From a virus, in UHGV virus genome UHGV-0170778: a stretch of DNA of 64,000 nucleotides; one strand, given 5' to 3'. Numbering within the stretch: position 1 is the stretch's first letter; every line of letters begins with the position of its first letter. The translations under genes and the position numbers were made by a program. Of this stretch, positions 28,306 through 38,674 are shown piece after piece. Under the pieces are notes generated by a model. The model saw only the letters and a program-made list of their open reading frames with translations, had not been told where the DNA came from and did no database searches.

Positions 28306-28848
28306 ATGGAACAAAATATATTTAAGACCATTAAATATTCACCACTAACAAAATCAAAATTAAATATATTGATACCATATATAGACGACAATATATCTGA
28401 TCTATATAAAAAGTATAAAATATACAACACTGGTGTTTATGCTAATTCAGATTCGACAAAGAATGTTTACAGCGTAGCTTCCGGTGTTGTTCTATTTATA
28501 GTTAAGTCATATGATAATAAATTAGCAATCACAATACAATTTGACGCAGATGTTTGTTTTATATACTCAGGGATAACAAAAACAAACCTTTCAGAGAATG
28601 ATGTAGTAAACCAAGGTCAGTTAATAGGTCAATATTCTGATAAATTTCATTTTCAGTATTTGAAAAGAAACTATATTTCTACTAACAACCAAAATATAAA
28701 TGTTGGGACATCATATATCTATAACATGAGTTATTTTCAACTTGATCCTATTGATTTTGTAGAAGGTAAAAAAGATCTAGATAAAGAAAGCATAATAAGT
28801 GAATCAGAAATAAACCCTCTTTTAGAAACAGATTTCGGTGAAGGATAA
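28306..28848 (+). CDS. hypothetical tail-module protein
   Basis: 180-aa ORF. Confidence 0.4.
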   Translation: MEQNIFKTIKYSPLTKSKLNILIPYIDDNISDLYKKYKIYNTGVYANSDSTKNVYSVASGVVLFIVKSYDNKLAITIQFDADVCFIYSGITKTNLSENDVVNQGQLIGQYSDKFHFQYLKRNYISTNNQNINVGTSYIYNMSYFQLDPIDFVEGKKDLDKESIISESEINPLLETDFGEG

Positions 28849-29984
28849 TGGCAGCATACAAAGTAGTTATAGGTCCAAAAACATTTACACTTAGAATAGA
28901 TACAGATGGTGCAAGCAAGAATTATGGATCTACAAGTCATCAAAGTCAAACATCATTTACATTCAATGGTAAATCAATAGCAGCAGATAAAGTTCCTTTC
29001 ATAGTTAAACCTATATCTGATAAAAGTACGAAAATGGGGCAATGCGCTGTTTTAATTGATAACAATAAACATACTAACACTTATTGTATAATAGGCGACG
29101 CTGGTCCATCTGCTAATGGATGGGGCGAGGTTTCACTTAAAACTGCGTGGAACTTAGGTTACTCTGAAAAACAAGCAAATGGATCAAGAGGACCTCATTC
29201 TAATTTTACAATTATTGTATTTACAGATAGTGTACCTAAATGGGACAGTAAAAAAGATCTTAATTCTCAAATAGAGGAAGAATGCAAGAAACGATGTGAA
29301 ACATATAAACAAGTAGTACAGACTTACACAGCTAAATCTGCACATAATGCTTCATCAGGAGAATCGTATGATCCTTCTATAGTTGTTACTACAGGCACAT
29401 ATAAAGAATCACAACAACTTGTTAATCTAGATGTGATCAAACAGTATCTGATAACAATAAATAGAAATACAGATGTTAGTAAGTTGAATTTCAGTAAGCT
29501 CAAAAAAGAAGATGTTGTTGGTGCAATGGTAGAAGCTGGATACTATATGAATTCAAAACGACATATAGCTTCTAGGTTTAGAAATCCAAGTATTGACCTA
29601 CAAGTAAAAACATTAAATAGAAACAATATTCTTTACGGACTGTATACATACTCAAGAGCTAATTCAGTTGTAGAAGCTAAGAAAGAGCTAGAACAGTTAG
29701 AATATGTATTAGACCAATATCCACCAATCCTTGGAATCTGGGTCAGAATTCAGCTTCACGGAAAAACAAAAGCAATAAATGATAAAATATTAGATGAATA
29801 CAGATCTAAACTAGTTGAATACGGATTGAAATCCAAGATCGGTATAATAGCAACTAAATCTGAATTAAATAATATACACTGGAAAAATCACAAGAACAAT
29901 TGGTTCCTTTGGTATATAGATAAAGTAAAAAACATAGACACAGTAGATGATCAACTATTGACACCTACATTTTTTGATATTTAA
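28848..29984 (+). CDS. tail-associated protein with N-terminal DPBB/3D (RlpA/MltA-like) domain
   Basis: CAVLIDNNKHTNTYCIIGDAGPSANGWGEVSLKTAWNLGY resembles the vrVxxxxNGxxvvVrVnDRGP...iDLSxaAAxxLG core of the double-psi beta-barrel of lytic transglycosylase-like 3D/RlpA domains. Confidence 0.45.
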   Translation: MAAYKVVIGPKTFTLRIDTDGASKNYGSTSHQSQTSFTFNGKSIAADKVPFIVKPISDKSTKMGQCAVLIDNNKHTNTYCIIGDAGPSANGWGEVSLKTAWNLGYSEKQANGSRGPHSNFTIIVFTDSVPKWDSKKDLNSQIEEECKKRCETYKQVVQTYTAKSAHNASSGESYDPSIVVTTGTYKESQQLVNLDVIKQYLITINRNTDVSKLNFSKLKKEDVVGAMVEAGYYMNSKRHIASRFRNPSIDLQVKTLNRNNILYGLYTYSRANSVVEAKKELEQLEYVLDQYPPILGIWVRIQLHGKTKAINDKILDEYRSKLVEYGLKSKIGIIATKSELNNIHWKNHKNNWFLWYIDKVKNIDTVDDQLLTPTFFDI

Positions 29985-29986
29985 TT

Positions 29987-31591
29987 ATGGGAAAGTATAG
30001 ATCACCATTTGGAAGAAAAGTTAGAGTATCAACACCATTTCATAAACCTGGTAGCTGGGCTGCTGGGTTTCATACTGGTGTGGATCTTGTGCCGATAGAT
30101 GGATCCAAACATCCTCCGTTGTACGCGATAGCTAATTGTACTATACTCAATTCGTCTGGTGGAAGTTCTTATGGAAATCATATCATAGCAAGAACAACAG
30201 ACAATCGTGTTTTCTTAATGGCACATATGCGAGACAAACCGCTTGTTAAACCTGGACAAAAAGTGTATGCAGGACAACAAGTAGGGTACATGGGCAATAC
30301 TGGTAACTCTTTTGGTGAGCATTTACATATTGAAGTAGAAACATCAACTAAATGGGCATACAACTCTCATTTAGTTAATCCATTAGATTACATAGATATA
30401 AATAAATTTTCTAATTCAGGTTGCTCTTCAACTTCTATAATCGATACTTTCATAAAAGAAGCTGAATCGCACAAAGGACAACAAGGCGATTGGGTTTGGA
30501 AACGAATGGGTCGTCCTGTAGGAGAAGCATGGTGTGCTTCTTTTATATGTGCGTGTGCGGATAAAGTAGGAAAACTATTAAACTATGTAATATACAACAG
30601 TCCCTCTGTTCGTAGAATGGTAACAGAAGGGCAGAAGAAGAAATATGGGAAGTACTTAAAAGGACCTATGTATGGAAATTCTCCTACACCTCAAAAAGGA
30701 GACTTGATTACATTTGATGAAGGGTTCAATACTTCTGGATATGATCACATAGGGATAGTAATCAAAGTATCTAAATCTAGAGTATTCACAATTGAAGGTA
30801 ATGTAGGTGGAAGAGGTAGTAGATACAATCATGTTGACTATAGAGATTATTCAAGAACAAACAAGATGATATCTGGGTACTATCGTCCGGATTGGTCTAA
30901 GGTAGACGAATCATATACAACAGAGGAAGATGAATCTGTTGTAGAGCTCGCTCCTTTGTATGATCATCTAAATGATAGAAATGATATGACACTTAGAGAG
31001 GTAGGGTACATATATAACAACCAACCTTCTATAAAACAAAGTAATGTAGGGCTTGTTGTTATAAATTATACAGATATGCTTTACAACATTTTTGAAGTTG
31101 TAGCAAGACAAGGTACACAGAATAACAATAATCCACAGTACAGCACAGCAAGTTTATCTGCAGGTCCAAAAAATACAATAAATTTCTTAGTTGACAAAGG
31201 ATTGAATACAGCAGCAGCTGTTGGAATAGCAGCAAATATAAAACACGAAAGTAGTTTCAATACAGCGTCAATAGGTGATAATGGAACATCTTTTGGAATA
31301 TGTCAGTGGCATCTAGATCGTGGGGATAACATGAAAAAGATGGCTGGCAAGAATTGGAAAACAAATTTAACAGGTCAATTAAATTATTTATGGTATGAAT
31401 TAACAAATAGCTACAAATATTCTGTACTTAGTCCTTTGCGTTCTGTTTCTAATACATTATCAGGAGCTAAAAAAGCAGCAGATATATTTGTACGACATTT
31501 TGAAGTTCCTGCAAACATAGACTATCAGTCAGAGCAAAGACAGAAGACTGCAACAAAATATTGGGGCAAATTGAAACAATATCTACAGTAA
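29987..31591 (+). CDS. tail-associated multidomain peptidoglycan hydrolase (M23 peptidase + CHAP + phage-tail-lysozyme-like)
   Basis: M23: HTGVDL ... GNTGNSFGEHLHIEVE. CHAP: GDWVWKRMGRPVGEAWCASFICACA ... DHIGIVIKV. C-terminus: FGICQWHLDRG, as in phage tail lysozyme domains. Confidence 0.7.
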   Translation: MGKYRSPFGRKVRVSTPFHKPGSWAAGFHTGVDLVPIDGSKHPPLYAIANCTILNSSGGSSYGNHIIARTTDNRVFLMAHMRDKPLVKPGQKVYAGQQVGYMGNTGNSFGEHLHIEVETSTKWAYNSHLVNPLDYIDINKFSNSGCSSTSIIDTFIKEAESHKGQQGDWVWKRMGRPVGEAWCASFICACADKVGKLLNYVIYNSPSVRRMVTEGQKKKYGKYLKGPMYGNSPTPQKGDLITFDEGFNTSGYDHIGIVIKVSKSRVFTIEGNVGGRGSRYNHVDYRDYSRTNKMISGYYRPDWSKVDESYTTEEDESVVELAPLYDHLNDRNDMTLREVGYIYNNQPSIKQSNVGLVVINYTDMLYNIFEVVARQGTQNNNNPQYSTASLSAGPKNTINFLVDKGLNTAAAVGIAANIKHESSFNTASIGDNGTSFGICQWHLDRGDNMKKMAGKNWKTNLTGQLNYLWYELTNSYKYSVLSPLRSVSNTLSGAKKAADIFVRHFEVPANIDYQSEQRQKTATKYWGKLKQYLQ

Positions 31592-31600
31592 GGTGATAAT

Positions 31601-31900
31601 ATGATAACATATGGATATGCAAAAGATTATTACTACACAGACGCAGGAACGCTCATGGTCAAAGTTAGAATTCCATCTATTCATGGTGCTTACAGTCAAG
31701 CTGATTACAAAGGTAAAACAATTCGTAATTATGTGGTAGATAGTGATCTTCCTTATTATCCTTCACTTTTGTTACAGCATTTGCCTACTGACGGAGATGT
31801 TGTAGCATTGATGTCATCTAATAATAGTAAAAATAATCTGCTTGTTATTGGATTAACAGGCGGGTCATATAATTCAGGTAATACAAATCTAGAGGATTAA
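31601..31900 (+). CDS. small baseplate-module protein
   Basis: 99 aa. Confidence 0.4.
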   Translation: MITYGYAKDYYYTDAGTLMVKVRIPSIHGAYSQADYKGKTIRNYVVDSDLPYYPSLLLQHLPTDGDVVALMSSNNSKNNLLVIGLTGGSYNSGNTNLED

Positions 31901-31902
31901 AT

Positions 31903-32334
31903 ATGTCAACTTCTTCACTTGCTTTTCCAAATTTAATAGATGTTGCTAGAAACAAAGTATCTGTTTTAGAAAATGACGCATCTGTAGTAAACAGAACCCG
32001 TCTACTTATACTTACAGAGCCGAATGAATTATACAATTCATTAGATTTCGGTGTAGGTCTAAAACAGTATTTGTGGCAATACAATACAAAGAATGTCAAA
32101 GCAATAATTCAAGATAGAATCATTGCACAGCTTAGGAAATATGAACCTTGTTGTGTTCCAGACCAAACAGTATTTTCTGACGGCCTTATTTCTGACAGCG
32201 AATATGACTCAATGTATGTAAAAGAACAAGATAAATTGAAGATGACAGTAGGATTGAAAACATCATATAGCGACAATGTTTCTATTGATCTATCCGATGT
32301 TTATACTTTGATCAACGGAGGTAAATCTAATTGA
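31903..32334 (+). CDS. putative baseplate wedge protein (gp25/W-like)
   Basis: 143 aa. The call rests on size and on position directly before the J-like gene. Confidence 0.35.
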   Translation: MSTSSLAFPNLIDVARNKVSVLENDASVVNRTRLLILTEPNELYNSLDFGVGLKQYLWQYNTKNVKAIIQDRIIAQLRKYEPCCVPDQTVFSDGLISDSEYDSMYVKEQDKLKMTVGLKTSYSDNVSIDLSDVYTLINGGKSN

Positions 32335-34250
32335 AAACATCTGAATATTATCAGAACGGAATGATAAAATATACATCTAGAGATTATGAATCAATAATGG
32401 AGGAGTTTTGGGAACTTGTTCCTAAATTGACAGATCTTTGGAAACCAGAAGCAGATGCAGATCCAGGAGTAGTGCTTGGAAAATATCTAGCTTCTATTGC
32501 AAGTATGCTTGGAGTTAATTTAGATTGGTTAGCAAATGAACTTTTTGCTCCGTCTGTTACTCAGAGAAAAAATGCAGAAAAACTATTCGATTTAATTGGA
32601 TATAACTTAGTGTGGTACACAGCAGCAAAAACCGAAGTTACTTTCAAAAACAACACAACACAAGATTTAACATTAAACTTTTCATTTAATGGGAATAACT
32701 TTGCTACACTTAATGCGTACACAGATATAACACAACAACCTAGAGTAATAACTTATAATATAATTCCATTCACTAATGTGTATGGAGCAAAAGACACAAG
32801 GAGTAAAAGAGAAACAACTACTGATAATGTTGACATCTTCACGAAATCAGATAAAGTTCGTCTTGCTCCTGGAGGAAGTGTAACTCGTGTAGCTGTAGAA
32901 GGTGAGCTAAGGCAAGTAAGTGTTTCTGTAGCAGACATCAAGAGTAACAACTATATAATCAATCTACCATCTCAGCATGTAGATACAACAGCAATTTGGG
33001 TTGTAGCTAAACCTTCGTTATCAGAATCATCAGAATATTTGAAAACACAATGGATACAAGTAGACTCTCCTTCAGAATTCATTGTACCAGAACCTAGATT
33101 TGCAGTAACATATGATTCATATTCAAATGCAAGAATTCAAGTATCTAATTATCTCAATCAGCTTGAAAATTATGATAACAACTGGATAATGGTATATTGG
33201 TTAGATTGTTCAGGTGTTATTGGGAGCGTAGGTAAAAATGTATTAAGCAATTACCTAGAAGCTGCTACAGATGGTGACACAACAGTAAGCGATTCATCTG
33301 GAGACATTACAATTTCTAATCTTTCCAATACTGTAGAACTTCCACACACTCATACAGTAACAGGAAAGAGTCCAGAAACAGCAAAAGAAGCATATTATAA
33401 TAGTAGAAATTATATAAACACATTTGATTCTTTAGTCACTTTACCAGATTTCAATAGATTTTTGAATAGAGAAGCAGGAGTCGATTGTGGATTAGTTATA
33501 GATTGCCAAAAGGCATTAGAAATTAACTTAGCTATCTACAACGATAAGAATCTAACAGATACTCAGAAATCTAAGATGTATATTACAAACAATGATTTCC
33601 CAGCATCTGGAGATACAGTGCTGGATTGGGGCAAAGTGCTTAATTTAGGATTTGATCCTACAGATCCACAGAAATTTGTATTTGCAGCAAATTTCAAAAA
33701 ATATACAGCGATGTGTTATGCTATACATAATGATTTCCAGAATAGCGATTTTGGACAAAGTCAAACATCTAATGCACAAATAAGAAATGTAAGAAAATTC
33801 ATTCAATATAAACCACCTATAATGTTCATTGATAATGTAGTTGCAGATTATAAACCTCTACAAGCAATGACAGTAGAATTAGAATTTGGATATGTTAGAG
33901 TATTTCCTTGGTACTGTGTAGGTACTATAACACCTTATTCTCCTGTTGATAGTATGAATGCAGAGAACATAATCAATAAAGTAAAAGAAGATTTAGCTCT
34001 TTACTTTTCTCCTGCTAATCGACAAATAGGGCAGAAACCTACTTTGATGGAAGTAGTAGATGTAATAGAAAAAGCAGATGATAGAATTCGTCATTTTGAT
34101 CCAGGTGCTCCTGGAACTAAGAATTATGGAATAGTATGGGACAAATGTGATATAGAATACTTCAACCCAATTTCATTTGCTCAATATGAAACATTAGATA
34201 ATTCTACATTGAATATTCGAATCAATCCTGATTATTTGATTGAAAGCTAA
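32331..34250 (+). CDS. putative baseplate J-like protein
   Basis: 639 aa, overlapping start. The call rests on position and size in the baseplate module. Confidence 0.35.
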   Translation: MKTSEYYQNGMIKYTSRDYESIMEEFWELVPKLTDLWKPEADADPGVVLGKYLASIASMLGVNLDWLANELFAPSVTQRKNAEKLFDLIGYNLVWYTAAKTEVTFKNNTTQDLTLNFSFNGNNFATLNAYTDITQQPRVITYNIIPFTNVYGAKDTRSKRETTTDNVDIFTKSDKVRLAPGGSVTRVAVEGELRQVSVSVADIKSNNYIINLPSQHVDTTAIWVVAKPSLSESSEYLKTQWIQVDSPSEFIVPEPRFAVTYDSYSNARIQVSNYLNQLENYDNNWIMVYWLDCSGVIGSVGKNVLSNYLEAATDGDTTVSDSSGDITISNLSNTVELPHTHTVTGKSPETAKEAYYNSRNYINTFDSLVTLPDFNRFLNREAGVDCGLVIDCQKALEINLAIYNDKNLTDTQKSKMYITNNDFPASGDTVLDWGKVLNLGFDPTDPQKFVFAANFKKYTAMCYAIHNDFQNSDFGQSQTSNAQIRNVRKFIQYKPPIMFIDNVVADYKPLQAMTVELEFGYVRVFPWYCVGTITPYSPVDSMNAENIINKVKEDLALYFSPANRQIGQKPTLMEVVDVIEKADDRIRHFDPGAPGTKNYGIVWDKCDIEYFNPISFAQYETLDNSTLNIRINPDYLIES

Positions 34251-34261
34251 TTGGAGGTACA

Positions 34262-35500
34262 ATGATGGATTTCAAAGATATATCTGTACCAGAAATATAT
34301 AAATCAAGTCAAGATTTTAGATTCTTCCTTGACTGGTTCAATACTGCATTAACTAAGATAAAATATGACACAGAGAATTTATCTGACATATATGACCCAT
34401 TGAGATGCCCAGACAACTTAGTCTGGGCTCTTGCTGATACTATGGGATACAAATTTGATGATAGATTACCTATATCTTTCAATAGACTTGTGCTTCTTTA
34501 CTTTATGAGCATGATTCGTAACAAAGGAAGTAATGACGGGGTAACACTTGCAGCAGAAATCAATCTAGCCCAATTCAAATTATTGATGAATGCGTCAGGA
34601 TATACAGATGAAAATGGTGATGTTCATCAACCTAAAAACATATTATATAGTAGACTTGATGATACTTCTATACCTGTAAATGCTGTATATGTTACTTCTA
34701 ATGTTGAAGAAGGATATATCGACATAGTATACTTTTCAACAAATATACCAAAAGATGCATGTATCGAATATGTAAGACCATTAGGTATGTATTGTTTCCA
34801 ACATGCAGGAGTTAGAATGGATACTAGAACAAAAATATCTATTGATTCTAGATTAACTAATATAAATGATATACTTACAAATTCTGGAATAGTCAAGATG
34901 AACTTTGGTCCTACCTACTTGACACACTATACAAGAAGAGATTATGCTTCATTGCAGAAAATGGAAGTGATCACAGACAATGATAAACAGCATGCACAGC
35001 CTTCCGAAAAAAGAGATAATACTATGTATCCTGCAAATGAATATGTAAATATTACAGCATTGAAAAAACTTGGAAATCCTGGATATAGAACAATCTATTC
35101 ATTACAACTAAGTAACAATGAAGAAGTGATGAAGGCTTTGATAGATCCAATATTCAGTTTAGGTCAAGGTCCTTTAGATGTAACTGTTGAATATGCTGAT
35201 GATTATCTAAAATATCCATATAAAGATAAATATGCAAATGCAACTCCAAACGAAGATACAGCTAAAGCACATAATTTAAGATATGATTTGGAAAGAGAAA
35301 CTTCTATCACATCAAATGTATACACTGATGATAACCCGAAATTGAGACCAGAAACACAGCCTGCTGTTAATCCTATGATGGCATCTATTGGAGATTCAAT
35401 AGCCTTAAATTCGGATAATACACTTTATACTGATGTAGATAAAACTACTGGAGAAATCAAACAGGTTAGTAGCACAGACAAGAAAGGCAAGAATTCATGA
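34262..35500 (+). CDS. baseplate/tail fibre module protein
   Basis: 412 aa, GGAGGT RBS. Confidence 0.4.
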   Translation: MMDFKDISVPEIYKSSQDFRFFLDWFNTALTKIKYDTENLSDIYDPLRCPDNLVWALADTMGYKFDDRLPISFNRLVLLYFMSMIRNKGSNDGVTLAAEINLAQFKLLMNASGYTDENGDVHQPKNILYSRLDDTSIPVNAVYVTSNVEEGYIDIVYFSTNIPKDACIEYVRPLGMYCFQHAGVRMDTRTKISIDSRLTNINDILTNSGIVKMNFGPTYLTHYTRRDYASLQKMEVITDNDKQHAQPSEKRDNTMYPANEYVNITALKKLGNPGYRTIYSLQLSNNEEVMKALIDPIFSLGQGPLDVTVEYADDYLKYPYKDKYANATPNEDTAKAHNLRYDLERETSITSNVYTDDNPKLRPETQPAVNPMMASIGDSIALNSDNTLYTDVDKTTGEIKQVSSTDKKGKNS

Positions 35501-36018
35501 AGATATATGTAAGATGCTCTAATGATGTAGAAGATTATAGAGACTGTGTTATAGAAAAATTAGACACAGGATATTCTGTATATGACAGTTCTGGAAACGA
35601 ATTAACTTCTGGATTAGAAGATATATATGAAGCAAAAGATTATGTAGATGCATTGAACAAAGACGATATTGATTTCAATAAGTATTTATCTGAAGATGTA
35701 AATACTATCAAAGTATTGTATCGATCATTTTCAGACGACCAAAAGCAAGCATTTGATGAATATATGACATATTATTTGTATGCCGATTTCTTGAGATATT
35801 GTAGCATATCTCTAGATGAGGACAACGCTATTCAGCAAAATGTTTTATTCAAAAAACAACCAGTATCTATTGATTCAATACATAACGCATACAATCAATT
35901 CCTAAAGGTGACTAAACATAAATCGTTCAAATTCTATAAAATACTTGTTAACACTGAAAGAACAGATATGTCTGAAAAGTATAAAATACATTTTGAACAT
36001 AGATATGTACAACCTTAA
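35497..36018 (+). CDS. hypothetical protein
   Basis: 173 aa. Confidence 0.4.
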   Translation: MKIYVRCSNDVEDYRDCVIEKLDTGYSVYDSSGNELTSGLEDIYEAKDYVDALNKDDIDFNKYLSEDVNTIKVLYRSFSDDQKQAFDEYMTYYLYADFLRYCSISLDEDNAIQQNVLFKKQPVSIDSIHNAYNQFLKVTKHKSFKFYKILVNTERTDMSEKYKIHFEHRYVQP

Positions 36019-36046
36019 TTATTTGTAGAGAGAAGGTACTTAGTTT

Positions 36047-36352
36047 ATGGCAAATACACCTAAATCTTTAGATGACATAGTTCCTATTGCTCAAGGACCT
36101 GCTACTGCAATAGCGCCTGGATCAGAAGAAGAAAAGAAAGACCAACAAACAGGATATACTAATCCTAATCTTCACAGACGAATTGTCGAAGGAGAAGATG
36201 TTTCTAATGAAGATAAATCATTTGAATTATCTGGATATTCTGGATCTTCTATATCTGTTTCATATAAATTAGGGGTACACGGAACTAATTCATATAGAAC
36301 AACAGATTATGTAGTACATGATGAAAATTCTACTACATCTGAAATTCCGTAA
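36047..36352 (+). CDS. hypothetical protein
   Basis: 101 aa. Confidence 0.4.
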   Translation: MANTPKSLDDIVPIAQGPATAIAPGSEEEKKDQQTGYTNPNLHRRIVEGEDVSNEDKSFELSGYSGSSISVSYKLGVHGTNSYRTTDYVVHDENSTTSEIP

Positions 36353-36370
36353 TGTCTAAGTAGGTATATT

Positions 36371-36610
36371 ATGAACAATACAGGTCAGAAACATAAGAAA
36401 TATGTTTTCAATATTTATCAATATGGTAGATTGATTGATACATTAGTGTTCAATGATTTTGGTGCAGCAAAACAATACTATTATAGAACATGGGCTCATT
36501 ATGATGTAGCTACTGTACCAATAGTAGATGGAAAAGAGCTAACTCTAACAGAAGCTGATAGATTATTTGAATACGCTAGATATTTATGGGAGTATAAAAG
36601 TGTCCAATAG
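36371..36610 (+). CDS. hypothetical protein
   Basis: 79 aa. Confidence 0.4.
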   Translation: MNNTGQKHKKYVFNIYQYGRLIDTLVFNDFGAAKQYYYRTWAHYDVATVPIVDGKELTLTEADRLFEYARYLWEYKSVQ

Positions 36611-37733
36611 TTTAACACCTAACAAAAATTTAGGTATCAAACACAATGTAACATTTAGAGTAATAGATGAACGAACTGGAAATGTTGTTCAAACATATCA
36701 AGGGCATAATTCAGCAACAAACTCATTGTTGTATGGAATAGCTCATTATCTAAAAGGTGATGGAGTTCTTAATCAAGGTGCTCATATGCTAAGTTCATTT
36801 GTTCCTAGATATATAAGTTTAGGCACAATGGGACTTTCTAGTCAAGAAGAAGACGAAAATCATTTGCCTGTAGGTATTGGTGGTACCCCTAATCCAGATG
36901 ACCCAAATGATGAAGAAAACAGATTTGTTAATTACATGTCACATAGACCTGGATACGGTGCTGACGGATATGACATAAATCTAAATAATGGTCGAGATGT
37001 TTTTGGATTAGGTAAACCGTTTTCAAAAACTGATAATGTAATATCTGGTACAACAGAAACATTGAAACTAGGAGATATAAACAACGATGGAGTAGTAGAT
37101 GTGAATGATCTGCTTCTTCTAGTTGATTATATGTGTGATAAAGTAACATTATCTGAAAAACAATTGAAATGTGCAGACATTGATAAGGACGGACATATTG
37201 ATTGTGAAGATGTTCAATTGCTTCGCCAAGCTATTGATAATAAAACAGATCTAGGTACAATTGAATATACAAACACAACTTATCAAACAATAAATTGTGA
37301 GTTGATATCTAATTCATTTCCTCGTCAGCTCATTTCGTATAGAGAAATAATACCAGAAACAAAAGCAGAACAGCCTCAAACAATTGATGTTGTATACAGT
37401 GCAATGATATCAACAGGGGCACTATCACAATTCAGAGATCCTGGTAAAGATTATATATTTATAACAGAAGCAGGTTTATGGTCAAGTGATGAATATACTG
37501 ATGGTGCAGATAACGGACTTTTAGCTGGATATCGGCTTGTTCCTACAAATGATAACTATTGGGATATGACCGAACCGTCAAATAGAATGCAGCTTAAGCG
37601 TTCAATCCTGAGAGTAGGAATAAATCAAGTAGTTCAAGTTATTTGGAAAATACAAATAGGGTCAATTGATGATATACTTGATTACTATCATGTAAATACA
37701 ATATCTGATACAGGAAGTGAAACAGATGTATAA
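36567..37733 (+). CDS. tail fibre/receptor-binding candidate with a dockerin type I module
   Basis: GDINNDGVVDVNDLLLLVDYM ... ADIDKDGHIDCEDVQLLRQAI is the duplicated 22-residue calcium-binding dockerin repeat (DxNxDGxVxxxD + helix), at nt about 37071-37245. The true start may be the GTG at about 36600, which has a GGAG RBS. Confidence 0.6.
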   Translation: MNTLDIYGSIKVSNSLTPNKNLGIKHNVTFRVIDERTGNVVQTYQGHNSATNSLLYGIAHYLKGDGVLNQGAHMLSSFVPRYISLGTMGLSSQEEDENHLPVGIGGTPNPDDPNDEENRFVNYMSHRPGYGADGYDINLNNGRDVFGLGKPFSKTDNVISGTTETLKLGDINNDGVVDVNDLLLLVDYMCDKVTLSEKQLKCADIDKDGHIDCEDVQLLRQAIDNKTDLGTIEYTNTTYQTINCELISNSFPRQLISYREIIPETKAEQPQTIDVVYSAMISTGALSQFRDPGKDYIFITEAGLWSSDEYTDGADNGLLAGYRLVPTNDNYWDMTEPSNRMQLKRSILRVGINQVVQVIWKIQIGSIDDILDYYHVNTISDTGSETDV

Positions 37734-37971
37734 CGATGATTTCAGTTATTACAGAGACAAACTAACAACAATGAGTAATTACATATTGGACTGTGCAGGA
37801 TGGATGGATAGATTAGCAACATATGAGGATATCTATCAATCCGATATTGACGCATTAGAAGATATTGTACAAGACATTGTTGATGGCGTTAGTCGTCTAG
37901 AAAATGAAATAAAAGCAATACGAAAATTTAGTTTAAGGAGAAGTCTCGATGAAACGAAAAGTAACGATTAA
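37717..37971 (+). CDS. hypothetical protein
   Basis: 84 aa. Confidence 0.4.
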   Translation: MKQMYNDDFSYYRDKLTTMSNYILDCAGWMDRLATYEDIYQSDIDALEDIVQDIVDGVSRLENEIKAIRKFSLRRSLDETKSND

Positions 37972-38296
37972 AGCAAATAACAGCTCAGATAGATTAGAAA
38001 ATCCAGCATATTCAAAATTAAATTCTGAGTGCCAGTCAGCTGGGTACAGACTTGATTATGCTGTATGGATTAAAAATAGACTGTTTCTGAGCATAATTCC
38101 TGTAGCTAATTACGCAACGGAGCTTACCTTAGATAGGAAAGAACCTAACACTGTCAGAGCACAGACAACTGCATATGGTTCACTATCTCTGGACAAATAC
38201 AAAGATTTTGCAGACCAAGTAGCTAAAACTGCTCATCTACTTAGAGTTTTAGAAGAGTTTGATTTTGACAAATTGCCTCATGAGGACGAGGAGTAA
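37949..38296 (+). CDS. hypothetical protein
   Basis: 115 aa. Confidence 0.4.
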   Translation: MKRKVTIKANNSSDRLENPAYSKLNSECQSAGYRLDYAVWIKNRLFLSIIPVANYATELTLDRKEPNTVRAQTTAYGSLSLDKYKDFADQVAKTAHLLRVLEEFDFDKLPHEDEE

Positions 38297-38299
38297 TAA

Positions 38300-38659
38300 A
38301 TGGAACAATACATTTTTACACCATCTAGTGTTCTAGATTTGTTAACACAGATAGATGAACTTAAAGATTATGATATTGGTCTAACAGAGACATTTGACAA
38401 TCAGTTTAGGTTGACTATTGGAGATTCTGTATATGATATAAATTCAGAAAATACTGATATTGTAAGTATAGATGACTCTGCGTTAAACAACATTGTTGGA
38501 CTGAATGAAGATACTTATGAAGATCTTCAAGAGTCTGGAAGTGTTGAAATTGAAAACAAAGATGTAGATATAACATCTGGCATCATAAAAGAAGCACTTA
38601 AAACTTTGCTTGTAGGCGGTATGGTTCGCTTAACAGGTAAACTCCTAAGGAACAAATGA
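38300..38659 (+). CDS. hypothetical acidic protein
   Basis: 119 aa. Confidence 0.4.
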   Translation: MEQYIFTPSSVLDLLTQIDELKDYDIGLTETFDNQFRLTIGDSVYDINSENTDIVSIDDSALNNIVGLNEDTYEDLQESGSVEIENKDVDITSGIIKEALKTLLVGGMVRLTGKLLRNK

Positions 38660-38674
38660 TGGAGGGTATACAAT

